Of a stretch of 64,000 bases of DNA, positions 25,905 to 34,260 are shown one piece after another. Position 1 is the stretch's first letter. Every line of letters begins with the position of its first letter. Under the pieces are notes generated by a model, which was not told the origin of the DNA, did no database searches, and saw nothing but the letters and a program-made list of their open reading frames with translations. A program made the position numbers and the translations under genes. The DNA is from a virus (taxonomy: Duplodnaviria; Heunggongvirae; Uroviricota; Caudoviricetes), in IMG/VR virus record IMGVR_UViG_2944808559_000001, positions 23,109 through 87,108 of that record, one strand, 5' to 3'.

Positions 25905-26125
25905 TGCTGCTCCTTGCGGGCGGCCTGGTCGCGTGCGGCGCGGCCGGCGGCGATGATCGGGTTGATCTTGCGGAGTGGGGGCCTCCATCCGTTGGCGTTG
26001 AGCCAGTCGGCGATGGCGGTGACGTCGTCCTCGAGGAGCGCGGCTTGGACGTGGGGTTGAAGGATGCCGCGTACGGCGTCACGCATGGTCTTCCAGGTGG
26101 CTTGGATGTCGGGGTCGGTGGCCAT
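25901..26125 (-). CDS. hypothetical small protein (74 aa)
   Basis: RBS GAAGGAGA sits 6 nt upstream of the ATG. Confidence 0.5.
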   Translation of the reverse strand: MATDPDIQATWKTMRDAVRGILQPHVQAALLEDDVTAIADWLNANGWRPPLRKINPIIAAGRAARDQAARKEQQ

Positions 26126-26264
26126 GGGTTCTCCTTCTCACTCGCGATATGGCTAGCGGGTTGTCCACAAGTTTGTCGGGCCTGTTTTGCCCCCTTCTAC
26201 CTGTAGGTGTGTGGACGGTCACCACAAGAAGAGGGTTTATGTAGGGGTGTTGTAAGAGGGTTGG

Positions 26265-26330
26265 GCCCGCCCGCGCGGGCGGGCAATTCAGGTGATTGCC
26301 CGCCCGCTGGGCCGTGAATGCCCGCCCGCT
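26265..26330. promoter_or_regulatory. GCCCGCCCGC iteron-like cluster: a 20-bp perfect palindrome GCCCGCCCGCGCGGGCGGGC plus two direct TGCCCGCCCGCT copies 21 bp apart
   Basis: Read directly. A fourth copy lies inside the upstream CDS 3' end at ~26404. Confidence 0.4.
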
Positions 26331-26396
26331 CGTCCGGTCATAGATGGGACATCACATGACCGCCGGTGGGGTTATCCACAGGCCCGCATGGTCGTG

Positions 26397-26783
26397 TTAC
26401 CCGGACGGGCGGGCGGGCAACTCGACCGACGCGGGCAGCTCCGGGATGCGGTAATCAGTCGCGCGACCCCGCACCGCGAACACCGGCGACCCGTCACGCC
26501 TCTTCCCGATCGGGACACGCACCTCGACCCCGTGCTCGGCCAGACGGCGCAGCACCTTCGTCAACCCGTCGACCGTCACCCCGGCCCGCATCGCGATCGT
26601 CTCCGTCGCCGTGATGGACGTGCCGTCGTCCCACTTGTCGATCGCATGCACCCGGAACCGGCGCGTGTCCTTCCACGTCCGCTCGGCGATGATCAGCAAC
26701 ACCAGCCGCTCGGCCGCCGTCAACTCCTTGGCCGCGGGCGTCGCCAGCCACGCCGCCACCTCGCCCACCAGGCGTGCGCTCAC
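26397..26783 (-). CDS. hypothetical protein, possible winged-helix DNA-binding (128 aa)
   Basis: GTG start with RBS GAGGGGG. Contains LTAAERLVLLIIAERTW...GLTKVLRRLAEHGVEV. Confidence 0.45.
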   Translation of the reverse strand: MSARLVGEVAAWLATPAAKELTAAERLVLLIIAERTWKDTRRFRVHAIDKWDDGTSITATETIAMRAGVTVDGLTKVLRRLAEHGVEVRVPIGKRRDGSPVFAVRGRATDYRIPELPASVELPARPSG

Positions 26784-26860
26784 CCAACCCCCTCAACGCG
26801 CTCGACGAACTGGCGCGCCCTGAGGGAAGAGCGTCACGCTGATCACCGTACGACCCGGGC

Positions 26861-27142
26861 CTATCCACGCAGAACCCTCCGCTCCCCCGCCTCATCGATC
26901 TCAGCCAGCAGCGACACCGAACAGGAATGCCCGGGGCCGTAGCCGTAGCACGGGGTGCAGAACACCTCGCCGACCGCCAGGTCCTCAACGTGGTGCTGGC
27001 AGACGGCGACGTCCTCCAGGTGCTCGTGCACGCAGCCCACCGTGGCGCGCATCACGACTTCGCTCCCGCACGCCCGCCACGACAGGTTCCCCTCGATCGT
27101 GCAGCCGGCCTCGGCCCGGCCCCCACTGCACGCCACGGTCAC
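26861..27142 (-). CDS. Cys/His-rich small protein (93 aa), paralog B
   Basis: GTGA overlap. Carries CVHEHLEDVAVCQHHVEDLAVGEVFCTPC, mirroring the neighbour. Confidence 0.45.
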   Translation of the reverse strand: MTVACSGGRAEAGCTIEGNLSWRACGSEVVMRATVGCVHEHLEDVAVCQHHVEDLAVGEVFCTPCYGYGPGHSCSVSLLAEIDEAGERRVLRG

Positions 27143-27444
27143 CGCTCCCCCGCGTCGCCTGCCGCCTCGTCCACCGCGGCGAACCCGACCAGATGACACT
27201 CGTGCCCGTCCTGCAGGCACGGATTGCACACCACCGTGCCGCGCTCGGCCGCGCCGAGGTGGACCGCACACAGACGACCCTCCCGCACGTGCCCGTGCAC
27301 GCACACCGCCACATACGCGGCCGGCATCTCGTCCGCGCACGGCGTCCACCCGGACCGGCGGCCCGGGACCGGCTTCGCTCCGCACGGCCCGGCGAGGGCG
27401 GCGCTTACGCTGGCTGTCTCGCTAGCGAGAATGGTCGCGGTCAC
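27139..27444 (-). CDS. Cys/His-rich small protein (101 aa), paralog A
   Basis: Contains CVHGHVREGRLCAVHLGAAERGTVVCNPC. ATGA overlap with the upstream gene. Confidence 0.45.
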   Translation of the reverse strand: MTATILASETASVSAALAGPCGAKPVPGRRSGWTPCADEMPAAYVAVCVHGHVREGRLCAVHLGAAERGTVVCNPCLQDGHECHLVGFAAVDEAAGDAGER

Positions 27445-28625
27445 AGGTCCGTCTCCTTCACTGCCTTGATGAACTGCTTGAACGGCTCCAGCTTCGCCAG
27501 CTCACCTTCGAGCCGCTGCTTCTCGCTCTCCAACGCGAGCATCCGCCGATGCAAGCTGTCGTTGGTCCGGTTGACGTCATCGACGGCGCTCTCGGCCTCG
27601 GCCAGGTGCTGCTGCAGCTCCGCCACCCGCCCCCGAAGGCCGGTAACCTCGCGCTCCAGCCCCTCGATCGTGGCGGCCGCCGTGCGACCCGCCTCCAACA
27701 GCTTCATCAGCTGCGCATACTCATCCGCAGGCGGCGGGACAGGCGGCGGGACAGGCGCCGCCGCCGGCCTGCTGGCGGCCGTGATCGTGCCGCCAGCCCA
27801 TGCCTCGCGTATCCACCAGATCGACGGGTTGCCGCGCTTCTGACACCGGATACGGCCCGTGTCACGCAGAAACCGGGACACCTCCTCCTGATAGGCGACG
27901 TCCCAGCCGTGGCCCGCCAGACGCAGCACCGACGTGAGGGTGCCCGTCCACAGAACCCCGTCAACGCGGGCGTTGGTCCCCTGCTCGTCGCCTTGCTCGG
28001 CGGCTGCCTCCCGCAGCAGGTCATACAGGGCCTTCGCGTCCTTGGCCAGGTCCTCCTTGCGAGCCCCCACATCGATGCGGGCGACGTCGCCGATCTTCGG
28101 CATTGACTCATCAGCTCCTTGCGGCGTTTCCGTTTCAGGGATGGGGTCGGCCCCACCTTCAGGGCCGGGGGTGGGGTGTTGGCCGTGGCGGGCGACCGCG
28201 CCGAGGAGGAACCGCATCACCTCGTCCTCGCGCCTGCGCAGCACATCCACCCACGACCGGTTGTCCATGTCGGCGTTGATGCGCAGCCGGTCCTGGTCGA
28301 TGTCGAACGTCACCCCGGACCGGTACGCCGCAGCGACCAGCTCCTGAATCTCCCAGTTGTCGCCCGGCTGCCGCTCCTGCTCGGGCGGGTCGGCGGTGAC
28401 GGCCGCCTGCATCGGGGCGCGCGTGGCGAGCTGCCGCACCTTGGACCGCGCGTTCAGCAGGTTGTCACCGTTGACCCTGTCCGGCACCGACTGCGAAAGG
28501 CCGGTGGCCGGGTTCGTGACCTTCCACTCGTTGCCGACCTTCTCCACCGTGAAACGGTGCCGCCTGGCCTCGCTGCGGATCATCTTCTCCACGTCGCTCC
28601 TGCGGCTCATGCGGGCCTCCCCCAC
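27441..28625 (-). CDS. hypothetical protein with a C-terminal coiled-coil (394 aa)
   Basis: ORF track. C-terminal heptad-like ELAKLEPF, LESEKQRLEGEL. Confidence 0.5.
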   Translation of the reverse strand: MGEARMSRRSDVEKMIRSEARRHRFTVEKVGNEWKVTNPATGLSQSVPDRVNGDNLLNARSKVRQLATRAPMQAAVTADPPEQERQPGDNWEIQELVAAAYRSGVTFDIDQDRLRINADMDNRSWVDVLRRREDEVMRFLLGAVARHGQHPTPGPEGGADPIPETETPQGADESMPKIGDVARIDVGARKEDLAKDAKALYDLLREAAAEQGDEQGTNARVDGVLWTGTLTSVLRLAGHGWDVAYQEEVSRFLRDTGRIRCQKRGNPSIWWIREAWAGGTITAASRPAAAPVPPPVPPPADEYAQLMKLLEAGRTAAATIEGLEREVTGLRGRVAELQQHLAEAESAVDDVNRTNDSLHRRMLALESEKQRLEGELAKLEPFKQFIKAVKETDL

Positions 28626-29167
28626 ACGGCCATGCCGACATGCCGGGCGAACGCGGCAGCCCCCGCGGACCCGGTCGACCCGTCGAACAGGTGCGCGAGC
28701 ATGCCGTACCGGCCGCCCCTCCCCTGCGTCAACCCGATCATGTAGCCGTTACGGGCCGGGCCGGCCGCCCTCGCTAGCTCTGGGACGTGCCACGGCGCGG
28801 GGTGGAGCTCCACCGTCACATCCGGCACCGCGGCCGCCCACTCGTAGGCGTAGCGGTCACCGCCGCCCGGCTTGCCCTTGGCCCGGTCGTAGCCGATGAG
28901 GAGGCGGAAGCTGCCGTACCGGTCGTACAGCTGGCCCAGGTCCTCGCGCACCTTCTGCCGGTCGGCGAGCCGCGACCCGGTGTAGACGATCGTCAGCAGA
29001 TCCGGCTCGCACCAGGAGTCCATCGCGGCGGCGAAGTTCGCCATGACGTGATTGACGATGACCTGGTCGATGGGGTAGCCGCCGAGGATCTCTTCGAGGA
29101 TCTCCTCGAAACGCCGCTTCTGTTCGGTGGTCAAGGTGGGCCTGCCTATCTGTGTTCGCCCGTTCAT
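28607..29167 (-). CDS. hypothetical protein (186 aa), possibly a SLOG/DUF2493-like nucleotide-binding fold
   Basis: IVYTGSRLADRQKV pattern. Low confidence on function. Confidence 0.45.
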   Translation of the reverse strand: MNGRTQIGRPTLTTEQKRRFEEILEEILGGYPIDQVIVNHVMANFAAAMDSWCEPDLLTIVYTGSRLADRQKVREDLGQLYDRYGSFRLLIGYDRAKGKPGGGDRYAYEWAAAVPDVTVELHPAPWHVPELARAAGPARNGYMIGLTQGRGGRYGMLAHLFDGSTGSAGAAAFARHVGMAVWGRPA

Positions 29168-29257
29168 CAGGTTCCTTCCGTTGTTGGCCAGCCTCGAGGA
29201 CGCTGGCGTTCAGGGGGTGGATCGCGTGAGGGCCCGGCCCCTGATCGGGCCGGGCCC

Positions 29258-29560
29258 TCACGGGCGGTTCTTCGGTGGGAGGCCGCGCCGTTTCCGGCGG
29301 GCGTCTTCGAGCCGACTCACGTTGTCCGGCAGCTGCTTCGGCACGCCCTTCGTGCAGGTGGCCACGTGCGGTGTGAAGATCTGCTCGAACAGCGCCTTCG
29401 GCCTGTCGGCGGTCGGCCGGCGCGACCTCCACACGCCGAGACCGTCGCGGGTGCACACCGTGTTACCGGACGGGTTCGGCTTCGGGTCGACCGCGAACGG
29501 GCGCCCGGATTCGGTGATGGTCCACAGGATCGGCTCCTTGCAGTCACCGCACTGGGACAG
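29258..29560 (-). CDS. hypothetical protein, C-terminal 100 aa clearly coding (GC3 ~90%) but with no in-frame ATG/GTG/TTG start
   Basis: LSQCGDCKEPILWTITESGRPFAVDPKPNPSGNTVCTRDGLGVW... The in-frame upstream region is a Pro/Thr/Ser tract with lower GC3. Confidence 0.4.
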   Translation of the reverse strand: MSQCGDCKEPILWTITESGRPFAVDPKPNPSGNTVCTRDGLGVWRSRRPTADRPKALFEQIFTPHVATCTKGVPKQLPDNVSRLEDARRKRRGLPPKNRP

Positions 29561-29561
29561 G

Positions 29562-29783
29562 TCACGCCGCGTGGGGGCCAGGGTCGTACCCCGCGGGCTG
29601 GCCGCCGTGGTGGAGGGAGCGGGCGGCGGCGATGTCGTCGGCGTCGACGCCCCACCCTTCGATGACGCAGAGGGTGTTGCCGGAGGCGTCGGTGACGCGG
29701 GTGATGGGGAGCCGGAGCCGGGCGCGCTTGTGGCGTCGCTGTCCGCGCTTGCGGTCGGGGCGCTCGTACTCGGGGATGAACAC
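29562..29783 (-). CDS. hypothetical small protein (73 aa)
   Basis: GTG start with strong RBS GAAGGAGA 6 nt upstream. GC3 ~93%. Confidence 0.45.
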   Translation of the reverse strand: MFIPEYERPDRKRGQRRHKRARLRLPITRVTDASGNTLCVIEGWGVDADDIAAARSLHHGGQPAGYDPGPHAA

Positions 29784-29964
29784 GTAACTTCTCCTTCGGT
29801 GTTGGGTGGGCAGTAGCAGCGCAGCGGCGCGCACTGGCCTGCAGGTGGTGAGGGCGGCGCGTGCGATTCGCAGCGCGGGCCCTGCGGGTAGGGGCGGGTG
29901 GGCGTCGCGCCGCACGGGCCGGGCCCCCAGGTGCAGGGCCCGAACAGCGGGGACGACGCCCGGG

Positions 29965-30474
29965 TCACTCGGCGCCGTCCAGCGCGAGTCCCGACCACAG
30001 TCGGATCACGGCGCCCGGGACGCGGAGCGCGTCGGGTTCGCCCGGCTGGCCGACGTACACCTTGGCCAGGTCGCGGTAACGGACCACGCGGGCGTCGTCC
30101 TTCCACACTCCGGCCTGCGTGAGAGCGTCCTCAGTGCTGCGCAGGAGCTTCGAGATGTCCGGCGCGCTGGCGGGAAGCCACCACAGGGTCTTCGACCAGC
30201 GGACGCCGGTCGGCCACCAGGTCGGGCGGCCGGACGGCTTGTCGCCCATGGTGAACACCATCTCGGCGATGATCGGGCCGTCCAGCCGCGTAAAGTCCTC
30301 GCCGGCGGCGATGCGGCGGTCGATCTCGTCCATCGCGGCCTGCCGCACGTCCTGCCGCCACGGCTTGACGGTCTTGGTCTGCTCGACCATCCGGCCCTTG
30401 CCGACATGCTTCTTCGAGCCCTGCGAGCCGGGCGTGCCGTACACGGTGATCGTGATGAGCGGGGGTGATGTCAC
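29965..30474 (-). CDS. rusA: RusA-family Holliday junction resolvase
   Basis: 169 aa. ITVYGTPGSQGSKK...WWPTGV... is typical RusA. Confidence 0.7.
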   Translation of the reverse strand: MTSPPLITITVYGTPGSQGSKKHVGKGRMVEQTKTVKPWRQDVRQAAMDEIDRRIAAGEDFTRLDGPIIAEMVFTMGDKPSGRPTWWPTGVRWSKTLWWLPASAPDISKLLRSTEDALTQAGVWKDDARVVRYRDLAKVYVGQPGEPDALRVPGAVIRLWSGLALDGAE

Positions 30475-30698
30475 TGCTGCCTCCTCAGGCGAGTGGGGAC
30501 CTCGATGACGAGCCCGCCGAGTGACGGGTCATCGTCGAGGTCGGGGTCATGGGTGGGGTCGGCGAGCCGCTCGATCGCGACGCGGTGCCGGTCGCGGCGC
30601 AGGTCGAGGGCGACGCTGGCCACGACGAGCAGGCCGGTCACGGTGACAAGCAGCCCGATCGCGGCGAAGAAGCCGACGATCACGTAGACGGCGATCAC
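30471..30698 (-). CDS. small membrane protein (75 aa, GTG start)
   Basis: VIAVYVIVGFFAAIGLLVTVTGLLVVASVAL. GTGA overlap with a further 43-aa TM ORF at ~30697-30828. Confidence 0.35.
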   Translation of the reverse strand: MIAVYVIVGFFAAIGLLVTVTGLLVVASVALDLRRDRHRVAIERLADPTHDPDLDDDPSLGGLVIEVPTRLRRQQ

Positions 30699-30822
30699 CG
30701 CTGGTTCTCGTTTCCGCGCGCCCACCAGCCGATGAACAGGCCGACGATGACGCCGGCGGCGCCCATCCCGGCGAGCAGCCACACGAGCTGCTCGACCGGG
30801 ACGGACACGACGGGGTGGTGCG

Positions 30823-31218
30823 TCATTGCGGGGCGACCGCCAGTTCGGCGAGACGGACGTTGTCCACGCGCAGGGCGTGGAGGTCGTGCTCGGCCTGCTC
30901 CAGCGCTTCCTGGGCGGCGCGCAACCGGCCCGGGTAGGAGCCGGTCTCCAGAGCCTGACCAGCGATGGCGCGGGCCGCGGACAGACCGGCGGACCAGTCG
31001 GCCAGGTCCACGATGTCGTTCAGCGCGTCACCGTAGGCGTCGGCCAAGGCCTTGGCGTTGTTCGCCTCGTCCTGGAGTTCGCCGAGTCGGTCCTGCAGGG
31101 CCCGGATGCGCTCGCTCGATCGCCTGTCGCGGGTGCGGAGGGCGAGTTTCCAGGTGATGAGGCAGGCCAGAGCGCCGAGGGCGACGCACACGGTGTAGGC
31201 GACGATCGCCGCCGCCAC
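30823..31218 (-). CDS. membrane-anchored coiled-coil protein (131 aa)
   Basis: N-terminal TM AAAIVAYTVCVALGALACLITW followed by a heptad-rich region. Confidence 0.5.
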   Translation of the reverse strand: MAAAIVAYTVCVALGALACLITWKLALRTRDRRSSERIRALQDRLGELQDEANNAKALADAYGDALNDIVDLADWSAGLSAARAIAGQALETGSYPGRLRAAQEALEQAEHDLHALRVDNVRLAELAVAPQ

Positions 31219-32057
31219 TAGTTACCGCCTCCCCGAGGGGTGACGTTGACCTGGCCGCCGTCGCTGACGATGACCTGGATGCGGCCGTCCTTGATTGCCT
31301 GCCACATGACCGCGCCGTCCTGGCCGAGCACGTCCACCAGGGCCTTGATGGCTTCCATCTCCGTGCGGGCCTTCTCGTTCTTCGCCTTCTGCGCGGTGTT
31401 CTCCTCCACCGCTTGCTGCGCGGCGGCGAGCGCGTCACGGACACCCTGCGGCGGCTGCGGCTGCTGCAGGGTGACGGAGAACCCGCCGAAGAATCCGGCG
31501 CCGCCCTGCTCCTTGATGAACTGGGCGGCGTACGTGGCGACCTGCTGCTCCCACTGCTGCTTGATCTGCGGGTTGGAGAACAGGTCCTTCCAGCCGTACT
31601 CCTTCGCCGCGGCGTCCATCGCCCGGTCGAGCGGCTGGCCGATGTAGATGCCGAGCAGCCGCGTCCAGCCGGCGTCCTCCCAGGCGCGGAACTTCAGGCC
31701 GAGCTGCTCGTGGAACCTCTGGAGGGTCTTGCAGTCCGTCGTCAGGCTGAACGTGGCGACGCCGGTCACGGTCATCTCCAGGTTGTCCTTGGACACGACG
31801 GTGAGCGGCCCGGACTCGGCGGTCTTCTTGTTGGCGAACTCGAAGGTGCGCTGCCCGGCGGGGTAGGTGTACCCCTGGTCGAACGGGCCGGAGGTGTCCT
31901 TGCTGCCGGGCTGGATGCAGTTCTGGAACGTGGTGTCGCTGATGGGCCCGGCGTCGTAGACGATGCCGACCTGGTCGGGCTCCGGCGTGGTGATGGAGCA
32001 GCCGGTGGCGAGCGCGGCGACGAGCAGGGCGCCAGCGGCGGCGGTGGTGCGGTTCAT
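31218..32057 (-). CDS. lipoprotein (279 aa)
   Basis: Internal ATG MNRTTAAAGALLVAALATGCS matches a lipobox LATGC. ATGA overlap with the upstream TM gene. Confidence 0.6.
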   Translation of the reverse strand: MNRTTAAAGALLVAALATGCSITTPEPDQVGIVYDAGPISDTTFQNCIQPGSKDTSGPFDQGYTYPAGQRTFEFANKKTAESGPLTVVSKDNLEMTVTGVATFSLTTDCKTLQRFHEQLGLKFRAWEDAGWTRLLGIYIGQPLDRAMDAAAKEYGWKDLFSNPQIKQQWEQQVATYAAQFIKEQGGAGFFGGFSVTLQQPQPPQGVRDALAAAQQAVEENTAQKAKNEKARTEMEAIKALVDVLGQDGAVMWQAIKDGRIQVIVSDGGQVNVTPRGGGN

Positions 32058-32302
32058 CGAGGTGTCTTCTTCCTGTGAGGGGTGTGGAACGCGCGGATCT
32101 TCTCCGCGATGAGGGCGGCGGAAGGGTCGAGCGCTTCCGCCTGCTGGGCGACGACGCGGATCTCGTCGAGGAGGTGCTTGTGGGCCGCCAGGTCGCGGCG
32201 GTCCTGGCGGGCTCCCTGGATCCGGGTCCTCATCCAGACGATGAGGACGGCTGCGAGCGCGATGATGGCGACGCAGCCGAGGATGATGACGGCCGCCTTC
32301 AC
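32054..32302 (-). CDS. small membrane protein (82 aa)
   Basis: TM AAVIILGCVAIIALAAVLIVW. Confidence 0.45.
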   Translation of the reverse strand: MKAAVIILGCVAIIALAAVLIVWMRTRIQGARQDRRDLAAHKHLLDEIRVVAQQAEALDPSAALIAEKIRAFHTPHRKKTPR

Positions 32303-32353
32303 CGGTTGCTCCGGGACGGTTCGGCGTTCGGCATGGCGTTGGCTCCTGGAGGG

Positions 32354-32575
32354 TCAGTCGTCGGGCCCGCTGGCCCACACGGCGGTCAGCGCGGCGGCGA
32401 TGACGACGGCGATCACGGCGGTCAGGACGTGCGGCTCGCGGCCACGTGCGACCTGGTCGCCGTCGGCGGTGATGCGGGGCTTGCCTGCCGCTCGCCACAG
32501 GCTGGCGATGAGGCCGACCGCGCCAAGCAGCATCAGCAGCGCGAAGGAGACTTGGACGAGGATCCGGGCGCTCAC
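32354..32575 (-). CDS. small membrane protein (73 aa, two TM)
   Basis: ORF track. Hydrophobic segments. Confidence 0.45.
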   Translation of the reverse strand: MSARILVQVSFALLMLLGAVGLIASLWRAAGKPRITADGDQVARGREPHVLTAVIAVVIAAALTAVWASGPDD

Positions 32576-32838
32576 AGGGCGCTCCCCTGACGGTGGTCGA
32601 GGGCGAGGCCGCGGGCGACCTCCGGCGGGATGGTGACGCCGTGCGTGCGCAGCAGCTCGGCGAGCTGCTCCTGAGTGGGGATCTCGCCGGGAGCGGTCCC
32701 GTAGCGGAACACGTCCTGCTCGTCGCCGACGTAGCTCTGCGCCCAGAAGGTGCGGAAGTGCGCGTCCCAGCCGGTCGTGGTCAGCGTGTGCTCCGCTGCT
32801 CCGGGCGGGTTCGGCAGTACGTAGCGGCCTGCCATCAC
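32572..32838 (-). CDS. hypothetical protein (88 aa)
   Basis: ORF track. ATGA overlap. Confidence 0.45.
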   Translation of the reverse strand: MMAGRYVLPNPPGAAEHTLTTTGWDAHFRTFWAQSYVGDEQDVFRYGTAPGEIPTQEQLAELLRTHGVTIPPEVARGLALDHRQGSAL

Positions 32839-32972
32839 AAGCTCCGCGCGAGGAAGCTGAGCAGGACCGCCACGTGCCAGAACAGCGTCCAGGCGAGGGC
32901 GGCCAGGCCGACGCGGGCGAGGAGCGCGTGCACGCGGGCCACGTTCTCCATCAGGCTGGTGAAGGTCGTCAC
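32835..32972 (-). CDS. tiny membrane protein (46 aa, GTG start)
   Basis: GTGA overlap. Reads VTTFTSLMENVARVHALLARVGLAALAWTLFWHVAVLLSFLARSL. Confidence 0.3.
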   Translation of the reverse strand: MTTFTSLMENVARVHALLARVGLAALAWTLFWHVAVLLSFLARSL

Positions 32973-33205
32973 CGGCGACCTCCGGCGAAGTTTGTGCAGG
33001 TCAGGATGTTGACCAGCAGCATGAGGACGCCTGTGACGGCGATGGCGGTGAGGTAGTCCATCGGCGGGATCTCCGCCCACCAGCCGTGCAGCAGGTGGGT
33101 CAGTGCCTTCACCATCAGGGCGCCGAGCAGCAGCCACCCCAGGGCCAGGGCGAGCAGCCCCGCGATCACGAGGGCGGCGGCGATCTTGTCGGCGATGCGA
33201 CTCAT
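32969..33205 (-). CDS. small membrane protein (78 aa)
   Basis: Multiple TM segments. Confidence 0.45.
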   Translation of the reverse strand: MSRIADKIAAALVIAGLLALALGWLLLGALMVKALTHLLHGWWAEIPPMDYLTAIAVTGVLMLLVNILTCTNFAGGRR

Positions 33206-33489
33206 CGGACGCCTCCCGTCCGGGCCAGGCGCACCAGGCGGGACGGGCCGCTTCCGTCGCGGTTGGCGGCCAGCTCGTGCGCCTTCACCCAGCCGGGAAA
33301 GGAGAGGGCCAGGGCGGCGCGCTGCTCGGTGCTGGCCACGTCGACGGCCATCAGCAGCCGCCGGTAGAACAGCGGGCCGGGGGTGCCTCCTCGGCCGAAG
33401 TGGAACAGGACGTGGGAGGCGATGGCCGGAGTGATGTCCGGGTCGGCCAGGTCCACGACCTGGCCGGGCGGTGGAGGAGTCATGTTCAT
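33202..33489 (-). CDS. hypothetical protein (95 aa)
   Basis: ORF track. ATGA overlap. Confidence 0.45.
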   Translation of the reverse strand: MNMTPPPPGQVVDLADPDITPAIASHVLFHFGRGGTPGPLFYRRLLMAVDVASTEQRAALALSFPGWVKAHELAANRDGSGPSRLVRLARTGGVR

Positions 33490-33514
33490 CCGTTTCGGAC
33501 GGCTAGCGGATGCG

Positions 33515-33757
33515 CTAGCGCGATTCGGTGGCGGTGTTGCGGTCGTGGAGCAGGTGATCGACCTCCCACCCGGGCAGGGCGATGCGGTGACCGAGGAGAG
33601 CCGCTCGCAGCAGCGACATGGTGGGCATGCCGCTGGCGTGCTCCCACAGCGTTCGGCCGTCCGGGGAGGTGCCTCGCGTGTAGTACGTCTGGTGGAGGGC
33701 GTCCCAGGCGCAGGTCACGACGATGCCGTGATGCGCCTGGAACGTCCGGGGAATCAC
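33515..33757 (-). CDS. hypothetical protein (80 aa, GTG start in GTGA overlap)
   Basis: C-terminal part of the long 380-aa track ORF. The rest of that ORF looks like an artefact. Confidence 0.35.
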   Translation of the reverse strand: MIPRTFQAHHGIVVTCAWDALHQTYYTRGTSPDGRTLWEHASGMPTMSLLRAALLGHRIALPGWEVDHLLHDRNTATESR

Positions 33758-34197
33758 CGCGTCTCCGCAGGCTGCTGCTGCGGCTTGGGGAAGACGGCGG
33801 TGTCGCCGGCCTGGGGCGCGGGCTGTTCCAGGTACGGCCGGACGCGCTCCGGCTGCGGCTCCTGCACGGGCTGCTGGACCGGTTGCGCGGGCTGGAACGG
33901 CGCCCGCCCGGCGGCCTGCTGCAGCGGCGGACCGGATTGGGCGGCGGCGGTGATGCGCTGCTGCTCGGCCTGCCGGTGCGCAGCGATGTCGGCCTCGATC
34001 TGGCGACGTATCGCCGGGAGCACCTGCTGCTCCAGCTTGTCGAGCACGGCCGCCGTGTCGGCCAGATCCTTCATGTCGGCCCGCGCCGCGGTGAGGCGGA
34101 ACTCGCCGATGACGAGCGTCACGTTGGTGGGCGACACGTCGGCCACCACCTGGTCCGGCGTGGGCGTGTCTCGCAGTACGTAGTGGGACATGGGCAC
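33754..34197 (-). CDS. hypothetical protein (147 aa), Gln/Pro-rich C-terminus
   Basis: RBS GAAGGAGA upstream. Follows a GC hairpin (cccggcccgc-ggtc-gcgggccggg) after RecT. Confidence 0.5.
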   Translation of the reverse strand: MPMSHYVLRDTPTPDQVVADVSPTNVTLVIGEFRLTAARADMKDLADTAAVLDKLEQQVLPAIRRQIEADIAAHRQAEQQRITAAAQSGPPLQQAAGRAPFQPAQPVQQPVQEPQPERVRPYLEQPAPQAGDTAVFPKPQQQPAETR

Positions 34198-34260
34198 GAT
34201 CGGGTCTCCTTCGGGGTGAGCCCGGCCCGCCGGTCGCGGGCCGGGTGGAGGAAAGGGGGG

